NCBI GenBank assembly: GCA_040182905.1
Contig: JARQWU010000072.1
Coordinates: 1 to 38,177, forward strand
Source: Barthelona sp. PAP020
Taxonomy: Eukaryota
Length of the DNA: 38,177 bases
Reading direction: 5' to 3'
Shown here: one piece after another, positions 1 to 6,737 of the stretch
Layout: each line of letters begins with the position of its first letter
Position numbering within the stretch: the first letter of the stretch is position 1
Notes under the pieces: model-generated
What the model was told of the DNA's origin: nothing
Databases searched by the model: none
The model's input: the letters and a program-made list of their open reading frames with translations, nothing else
Position numbers and translations under genes: made by a program

Positions 1-643
1 CATTTTGAGATTACGTATTTTTTTTTTAAAGAAGACTGCCCTTCGACATCAATTACGCTCAAGACAAGTTCGATCACCCCAATAAAAACCCAAGCTCTCA
101 GAAACAAAGTCTATAAACAAAAAAAAAAAATTATAAATGAAAAAAGGAGTCAAACTTTCAATTTGTTTTTCCCTTTCAGGGTATCAATTAAAATTTGTTT
201 TTGATGAGTTTACTCATACTTTGTTTGCAAATAAATATGGATGTGTTACCATCGTGCCCCATTGTTTCAATATTTCAATATCTAGTGTGAAAAACCAAAT
301 GTAATTAATACAAGGGTACACAATTGTATCTAAAATTGCTTCCAAATTGACTCTTCTTTTATTTTTCGATAACCAACATAAAGTCAGGATTTTGAGTCAA
401 AGAAAATATGAAAATTCTTTAATTGAATGACTAAGATTTCACTAAAAAATCATCGTCCCCTTGAGATCAATCATTTTACAGGATTCTGTTGCTTAAAAGA
501 AACAAACTACAAACATCTCTGTTCTTGGTTTTGAAAAAAAATCTTTTTTTGAAAAGTTTACAGTAAAATCAAAGCCACAAAAACGGATAATTAAAGAACT
601 ATTTAACACATTCTTTTAAATATAGGAAGCAATGTATTTAAAA

Positions 644-2896
644 TTACGAATACAAACCATCAACAAATCTGTTTTGATTGTTAATGAACTTGATACTCTT
701 TGCCTTATACGCTTTTTGATTTAAATCTAAAGTTCCATTTGAAAAAGCAGCTAAATGCTTTATAAAATAAAAACAACCATCAAATTCATCAAAAAAATCA
801 CCGTCCAAAAGTTCTGCATAATATTTATCAACAACAATTTGTATGACTTCATCCTCAGCATAACAGTTTTCAATTTGGGAATTTTCACCCAAATGATTGA
901 TTTTTGCTAATCCTGAAGCAATAGGATTGTCAATATTATAAAAAAATTGACATCCCATTAGAGTAGGAAATAGTTCTGAAGTCGGATTATTTGAAATGTT
1001 TTCATTTCTTTCAAACGTCGTTAAGCCAAACAATAATGCCTTTTTTATATTACCTATTGTTGTATGACCTTTATATAATGTTCTATGCCTTCCCATTAAC
1101 AGCAGTATATCAAGTGGTGTGATATAATCATTTATTTCTTTGAATTGAGTATTGGCAAATTTTCCAGAAGCCACTAAAATACAGAAATTCTTTTCATCAA
1201 TCAATTGCTGCAGAGCCATCACATAAAAATTTGCTAAGGGATGTGAACTCTTTGAAAATGATTTTCCCAACAAAACTTTGTGAGGAATTACCGAACAAAT
1301 GCCTTGTTGAATTGATGGAAAGGATGCCATATTAGTGGACAATTGATATTTACGAGAAATGAATTGAAGTAATTTAGAATTTTGTCTTCGAATCAATCTT
1401 AATGTGAATCCGCATGGTGATCCCGTCAATAGCATATTCAAAATCGATATGTAAGAAGAATCAAAATCAATTGAATTGTTATTATTTGAATAATTTTGCT
1501 TATGTAAAACTTTAGCAGAATTAATTGTTTCCTTAGCAGAATTTTTAATGTTTAAAAAATTTCTATTTCGAACATCCAAATCTTGAGCACATATATCAAT
1601 ATCCTCCATTGTAATAGAAATTAATTGGGAAATCATTCCCTTTTCAGTATCATCAGCAGTATTTGCTGATCCATCAGCAACCCATTGACTGGCATTTTTA
1701 AATTTATGTATCAAACCTTCAGGTAATAAATAACTGTTCCTTGGAAATATTGTTACAGTAGGAATATCAAAGGTTTTTGCTTTTGTGTCTACATTCAATT
1801 GTAACAACTGAATTCCATTTGAATCTTGAGGCACATCTAAATTATGAACGAAATACGGTGTTTGAGTTAAAAAAGATCCATAACATTCATACAATTGATC
1901 AATTAAAACAGCAGCATTGTATTTTTGCTCACCAGCATACGTCATTAATAAAATTTTTTCTTGAAAACTGTTTCTAATCTCACTGCTCAAACATCGAAAT
2001 ATTTCATCAAACACGTTCACAATGCAATCAAAGTATTCATTGTTTAGTTCTCCCCCAAAACGCACCATATCATCACCAGACACATCCAAGCTTTCAACTA
2101 AATGCGTGATAATAACCAAATGCTTTATGTCGTTACTGGGATGATTCAATTGCAAGAGAATAACTTTTCTACCTTTCAAACCAAAAGATAAATTGGGCAA
2201 ATCAATAAACTTTATATATGGCACATTTGCAAACATTTCATGGTAAACAACGTTCGCTTCTTGTTTGATATTATCATAATACCCCTGAAAAGGCTGAAAA
2301 TTTGTGCAAACAAAATAAGGGGAAATATTGGAGGCCATCACATCAGAAAATTGTTCATAATTCAACATAAACTCAGAACCTGATAATCCGATCAAGTTTA
2401 CCCCAGAAAATTTGTAAATATGTAACATTTGAGTGAGAGTTTGTTCAATATTTATTGCAGTTAAACAAGGAAACAATAAGGAACCAGAAATCATATATGG
2501 TATGAAAGGATGTGCAATAAACTTTAATATGTTGGTGTGAATATTGTTGAAAAACTGTCCTAAGAGAGCCAAATCACCAGAAGTACCAAATTTTGGAATA
2601 ACATTCAATAAATTCGCAAACATTCCAATAGAACATATCTCATGTTTGTTCCAAGGTTCTTTTAAAAAAATTTCATTTGGCAAAATTTCGTTCGAGATGT
2701 TTTCAGAGTTGGAATACTTAATTAATAATCTTAAATCTCCTCGGTTAAAAAATTGTTTTGCATATTTGTGAATATTTTGAGGTTTGTGTTTTACAACACA
2801 ATATATAAATGTTTTAATCACTATTTCCAATTCGGGATGCTGCTGAAGATAGAATTCTTGATTTAATAATCTATCTTCTTTGTCTCTATCATTCAT
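644..2896 (-). CDS. RIIa/dimerization-docking (RIIAD1/CATIP-like) domain fused to a degenerate 5'-nucleotidase (CD73/UshA-like) body, 750 aa
   Basis: aa 12-56 (FYLQQHPELEIVIKTFIYCVVKHKPQNIHKYAKQFF) match the YLxxHPE...F...K.P.NI..YA..FF D/D pattern. aa ~87-300 follow metallophosphoesterase motif order with substituted ligands (MFANLL, ISGSLL, GLSGSEFMLNYEQF..SPYFVCTNF, HLVIITHL). aa ~545-720 resemble the 5'-nucleotidase C-domain (SHPLANFYVMAL, ITPLDILL, NIKKAL, FPTLMGCQFFYN, IVVDKYYA..DG). ATG to TAA, no intron needed. Confidence 0.7.
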   Translation of the reverse strand: MNDRDKEDRLLNQEFYLQQHPELEIVIKTFIYCVVKHKPQNIHKYAKQFFNRGDLRLLIKYSNSENISNEILPNEIFLKEPWNKHEICSIGMFANLLNVIPKFGTSGDLALLGQFFNNIHTNILKFIAHPFIPYMISGSLLFPCLTAINIEQTLTQMLHIYKFSGVNLIGLSGSEFMLNYEQFSDVMASNISPYFVCTNFQPFQGYYDNIKQEANVVYHEMFANVPYIKFIDLPNLSFGLKGRKVILLQLNHPSNDIKHLVIITHLVESLDVSGDDMVRFGGELNNEYFDCIVNVFDEIFRCLSSEIRNSFQEKILLMTYAGEQKYNAAVLIDQLYECYGSFLTQTPYFVHNLDVPQDSNGIQLLQLNVDTKAKTFDIPTVTIFPRNSYLLPEGLIHKFKNASQWVADGSANTADDTEKGMISQLISITMEDIDICAQDLDVRNRNFLNIKNSAKETINSAKVLHKQNYSNNNNSIDFDSSYISILNMLLTGSPCGFTLRLIRRQNSKLLQFISRKYQLSTNMASFPSIQQGICSVIPHKVLLGKSFSKSSHPLANFYVMALQQLIDEKNFCILVASGKFANTQFKEINDYITPLDILLLMGRHRTLYKGHTTIGNIKKALLFGLTTFERNENISNNPTSELFPTLMGCQFFYNIDNPIASGLAKINHLGENSQIENCYAEDEVIQIVVDKYYAELLDGDFFDEFDGCFYFIKHLAAFSNGTLDLNQKAYKAKSIKFINNQNRFVDGLYS

Positions 2897-3017
2897 TAAC
2901 TATCAAGTTTTAAAAAAAAATAAATAATAAATATAATAACCAAAATGGTAACCATTAAATTTATTTTCTCGTAAACGACATGCCTAAATAAAAAAAATCA
3001 AATTCCTAAAATTCAAT

Positions 3018-3461
3018 TTAAGCGCTGTTAGATGTTGATTCAAAATCAACATTATCCAAATCAGGAATATCATCTTCTTCATTAGCTTCTTCCTTAGGGG
3101 CTTCAAAATTGTCGGGAAGTTGCAAGTTGTTTGTAAGAGCAGGTAAAATAGTAGACATAACATCAGTAAGAGGCTTTTCAACAGGAGTTCCGACAATACC
3201 AAATGTATCATGATCCATAATAGCTTCAACATTGGGATTATCAAAGGCCAAAACGGTTGAAGGGTCATTTTCTTTCATCATAACAACTTCTTCAACAGCA
3301 GGGAAAGGTTGAGCTCTTAACTTTTTGAAATTAGATTCAATTTTTTGCTCATTAACATCGACTTGAGGAGTTCTTCTTTTTTGAGTACGAATACGTTGTG
3401 AACCTTTTCCACCAACGCGACCTTTGGAACGAAGTTTTTCAAGAGCTTCTTGGTTGACCAT
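3018..3461 (-). CDS. BTF3: Nascent polypeptide-associated complex subunit beta (BTF3/EGD1), 147 aa
   Basis: MVNQEALEKL...RVGGKGSQRIR..K N-terminus, NAC domain (KKLRAQPFPAVEEVVMMK...LAFDNPNVEA...TFGIVG) and C-terminal EDDIPDLDNVDFE. The start is moved from the track's TTG (3518) to the ATG at 3461, in CAAAAATG context. Confidence 0.93.
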   Translation of the reverse strand: MVNQEALEKLRSKGRVGGKGSQRIRTQKRRTPQVDVNEQKIESNFKKLRAQPFPAVEEVVMMKENDPSTVLAFDNPNVEAIMDHDTFGIVGTPVEKPLTDVMSTILPALTNNLQLPDNFEAPKEEANEEDDIPDLDNVDFESTSNSA

Positions 3462-3566
3462 TTTTGACAGTAAAATCGAAGGAAAAATAAAATGAAAACT
3501 TTTGGAAAGAATTAACAAAAATTTTTTTTTTTAATCCATTGTTTTACTCTTTTAAAAACTCCAAAA
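3462..3566. promoter_or_regulatory. Putative bidirectional promoter / 5' region shared by divergent BTF3 and RPL18
   Basis: Only 105 bp separate the two start codons. The region is very AT-rich with a central A/T tract (~3517-3534). Both ATGs are preceded by CAAAA. Confidence 0.55.
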
Positions 3567-4291
3567 ATGGTTTGTTTGTGTGATATTTCTCTTATTAAAA
3601 TTATTATTGAATGTTTCTAATGTTTAGGGTATTGATTTAAAGGCTGGTGGTAGAGTTCCCAATTCACAACGTTCTGGTCCTCGTAGTAGAAACCAATATT
3701 TGATGTCTCTTGTTAAAGTATGTTTTTTGAAACCATTTATCGAATCTTTTGTTGATTGATTCAACTTTTTTGAATTTAGAATTTTTCAAACACTAACCTT
3801 TTTAGCTTTATCGTTTCTTATCTCGTCGTACTGATGCTAAGTTTAATGATGTTGTTTTAAAACGTCTTTACATGTCTCGTGTTAACCAACATCCCGTTTC
3901 CATGAGAAAGCTCACTAACATCATGAAGGATCATCAAGATAAGATTGCTGTTATTGTCGGAACTGTTACTGATGACATTCGTGTTCTTGAAATTCCAAAG
4001 ATGACTGTTTGTGCACTTCGTGTTACAAACACTGCTGCTGCTCGTATTGAAGCTGCTGGTGGTGAAATTATTACTTTTGATCAATTAGCTGTTCGTGCTC
4101 CCACTGGTGCTGATACTGTTTTCATTCGTGGACCTGTCAAATCTCGTGAAGCTGAAAAACATTTCGGTCCTGCTCCTGGTGCTAAGGGATCACATACTAA
4201 GCCTTATACTCGTGGTAAGAGCCGTAAGATTGAAAGTGCTGCTCGTCGTCGTCATAAGACTAAATATGTTTATCGCGCTCCTCGTGAATAA
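3567..4291 (+). CDS. RPL18: 60S ribosomal protein L18 (eL18), 3 exons: 3567-3569, 3628-3717, 3806-4291; 192 aa
   Basis: The spliced product [58 protein letters not shown]... joins in frame to the 3872-4291 ORF. That ORF has eL18 motifs [30 protein letters not shown]...SHTKPY. Confidence 0.96.
3570..3627 (+). other. RPL18: RPL18 intron 1 (58 nt, directly after the ATG)
   Basis: GTTTGT donor and TTCTAAT branch-point-like sequence followed by GTTTAG acceptor. Removal restores the conserved MGIDL start. Confidence 0.88.
3718..3805 (+). other. RPL18: RPL18 intron 2 (88 nt, phase 0 between LVK and LYRFL)
   Basis: GTATGT donor, CACTAAC branch point at 3791-3797, then CTTTTTAG acceptor. Removal restores the conserved LVK-LYRFL junction. 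Confidence 0.93.
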
Positions 4292-4443
4292 TCGGAATAT
4301 TATATAAACTAACCTTTGGAGTTTTCTACATTTTTTATTTATGTTGTTAATAAAACAGAATCATCCCTTTTTTGTTGAACAATCAAAGAATTTACGACTA
4401 TCAAAAAAATAAAATTGAAAGTTTATTGAAAAAATGATGTAAA

Positions 4444-5889
4444 TTATTCAATTTTCGATTTGTCATTTGGTAAACTGTTTTCATTCTCAATAATAGAATG
4501 ATCTTGTTTCACATCAACAGCTTTGGAAACCTTTGATTTGTCAGCAACATGTTTGGGTGTTGGAATAACAAAAGAGACAAGAAGAAGACTGAGCAAAACA
4601 ACAAAAGGGAAATAATAGATTCTTGAATAGATACTGTGTGCTTCAGCAAATGATAAAGCAAAAAAATAAATGAAAAATGAAGGACAAGAACGAGAAAGAA
4701 TGTAACCAATAATTGTGTAAACAATTTGAACAATTTTGCTTGATTTTTTGATCAATGGCGTCACTTTAGTGTTAAAATTCTTGAAAACAATAACAGACAA
4801 AAAACAACAAGCGAAAAAAATATAATAACCTGGTTTTATCCCATGCCATAAAGCACTGAAACCAAAAGTCATTAACAATGAAAAAGGTGTTGAAATCGTT
4901 TTTTTTTTATCATTTTTTATCATTGTTTTACCAAAACTTCTGTTAATATATTTGAACAACCATTTGGACACTTTAATATTCCATGCTTTAAACGTTTCAT
5001 TAACATTTGGAGAAAATAAAGTTTTGAACGGTAAAATATTGACACTCAAGTTGTTCAAATCATCGATCGTACTGAAATTAGGATTCAAGCTCAAACCCGA
5101 ACAAATACAAGCCAAATCAGTGATCAACCAAATGCATTCATAAGGAATAGCATGCAAACAACCAACAAAACCTGTCATCACAATTTGTTTAAACAAAGAA
5201 TTATTCGAAAAAATATGTTGTTCATACTTCAATATATTCATTTTAGTGTATGAAAAATATGCAAATGTGATCCAAATCAAAGCAAAAAAAATCTTCTTAA
5301 CCATCCATTTTGAATGAAAATCGCTAGAATGGGAAATCTTCTTTTCAACAATTTCTTGTGTTTTTAGCGTAATAAAATCATAATATTCATGGAATTCAAA
5401 AATAGGACCAATAACAAAAGTGCTCACACAAAAACAATATCCCAAAAGGTCATAAAAAGTTTTTGGTACATTTTTCTTGCAATTATTATCTTCTTCTTTT
5501 GACCAATTTATCAAAATTGAAATTAGTTGCAAACAAATAATTTGCATTGCTCCTTCAAAACCTGAACCATAAACTCGAAATGTATGAATCGAAATTCTAA
5601 GAACATGTATTGCCATCAAATGTGAAAATATAATCAAAGAACCAATAAATGCAATGATTTTTTTGTGGGAATTTTGATGAAAGATCTTTAATAAGAGTCC
5701 AATGAATAATGGAGGAATAAAACAATGTATACTCCATTTATCATATGCTATAAATAAAAATGATACACTAACAATAAGGGAGTACAGTTTTCGAATCCAA
5801 ACATTCTTCATATATCGTATTCCCAATGAAAACGGTATTGTCAATAAAGTGCACAGTATTTGTGAACTCTTATATGAAGCTAATAACAT
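4444..5889 (-). CDS. Membrane-bound O-acyltransferase (MBOAT), lysophospholipid acyltransferase type (ALE1/LPCAT3/MBOAT1-2-like), 481 aa
   Basis: Multiple hydrophobic segments, with GP.FEF.EY, WNIKVSKWLFKYI and TFGFSALWHGIKPGYYIFF (catalytic His) motifs. The C-terminus KSKIE* fits a KxKxx ER-retrieval signal. Confidence 0.9.
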   Translation of the reverse strand: MLLASYKSSQILCTLLTIPFSLGIRYMKNVWIRKLYSLIVSVSFLFIAYDKWSIHCFIPPLFIGLLLKIFHQNSHKKIIAFIGSLIIFSHLMAIHVLRISIHTFRVYGSGFEGAMQIICLQLISILINWSKEEDNNCKKNVPKTFYDLLGYCFCVSTFVIGPIFEFHEYYDFITLKTQEIVEKKISHSSDFHSKWMVKKIFFALIWITFAYFSYTKMNILKYEQHIFSNNSLFKQIVMTGFVGCLHAIPYECIWLITDLACICSGLSLNPNFSTIDDLNNLSVNILPFKTLFSPNVNETFKAWNIKVSKWLFKYINRSFGKTMIKNDKKKTISTPFSLLMTFGFSALWHGIKPGYYIFFACCFLSVIVFKNFNTKVTPLIKKSSKIVQIVYTIIGYILSRSCPSFFIYFFALSFAEAHSIYSRIYYFPFVVLLSLLLVSFVIPTPKHVADKSKVSKAVDVKQDHSIIENENSLPNDKSKIE

Positions 5890-5936
5890 AAAATAATAAA
5901 GCTACAAACAATAAAACAAAAAAGAATATCCTTCAT

Positions 5937-6395
5937 TTATTCCTCATGATCTTGAACTTCAGCCATCTCGACATTTGCTTGTTTTGCTTCAATAATTGGA
6001 CCTATGTGATTCAAAAATTTTGCCATTTCATTAATTTCATTATTTAATGCCACTGCTTTATCTGTAAGTGATTCAAGTTTTCTGTCAAATATATCAAGTG
6101 TTTGTTCTTTATTACGCGCACAAAAAAAATCTTGACCAATATCAACCAAAAATTCATTATCTTCTTCTAAAATACCAGGTACATACATAGTTTGAGTTAT
6201 TGGAATCAAACAAGTTTTTCCAATAACTTCTTGGGTAATATCTTCAACAGCTTCACGAGATGATCTGAATCTGGCGACAACAGTTTGCAATCTACTTGAT
6301 TCGCGATTCAATTGAGTGTGTTTGTCATCGATTTGTCGATGCATTTGAATTAATTGCTCCAAAGGATATTGGTCTAAATCTGGAATTTGATTCAT
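5937..6395 (-). CDS. PFDN5: Prefoldin alpha subunit 5 (PFDN5/GIM5), 152 aa
   Basis: Coiled-coil ends flank LIPITQTMYVPG...FLVDIG..FF..R.......IFDRK, matching the alpha-prefoldin LVPLTSSMYVPG...VLIDVGTGYY pattern. The N-terminal DL.Q.PLEQL is typical of subunit 5. Confidence 0.88.
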   Translation of the reverse strand: MNQIPDLDQYPLEQLIQMHRQIDDKHTQLNRESSRLQTVVARFRSSREAVEDITQEVIGKTCLIPITQTMYVPGILEEDNEFLVDIGQDFFCARNKEQTLDIFDRKLESLTDKAVALNNEINEMAKFLNHIGPIIEAKQANVEMAEVQDHEE

Positions 6396-6737
6396 ATTTG
6401 AAAATAAAAAAATCGGTTTTTCATTTTCAATTTGAAAAACTTGTGTTTTGCATAAATTTTGGTAACACAGCTCTTTTTAAATATTTATTGCACTGACGTT
6501 CGTTGGGTATATTTGTTAAATAACATATCCCAATGAAATTTTTATTGGTCAATTACGACAAGAAAAGTGAATTCGGAATGGTGCAGAGTCATTCTCACAA
6601 GAAAATTCTATCCCACAAGCATTTCGGTCATCTTCAACCAAAACCAAAATCAAAAAACAGATTTAAAAAACGTTATTTATAAAAGTGAATTTATTTCAAT
6701 TCTTTTTTTTTTATTTTGATACCAATAAAAACAATTT

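Noticed and set aside
31..210. tRNA (GTTCGATC) or U3 snoRNA (AAGACT, CTTTCAGGG, TGATGA) assignment
   Set aside because: There is no T-stem pairing or cloverleaf, and the U3-like words are not in the right order or spacing.
137..480. 55-aa plus-strand ORF (137-304) and a stop-interrupted minus-strand frame
   Set aside because: No recognisable similarity. The several in-frame stops are insufficient evidence for a pseudogene or for stop-codon recoding.
3462..3518. 19-aa N-terminal extension of BTF3 from a TTG start
   Set aside because: It is a non-ATG start in a eukaryote, and family similarity begins at MVNQ (3461).
3872..4291. RPL18 as a truncated 139-aa protein or pseudogene
   Set aside because: The missing N-terminus is supplied by two upstream exons with canonical splice sites.
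5880..5936. Extra MBOAT 5' exon from the ATG at 5936 via a 30-nt GTTTGT...TTAG intron
   Set aside because: Splicing leaves the product out of frame with MBOAT, and no branch-point motif is present.
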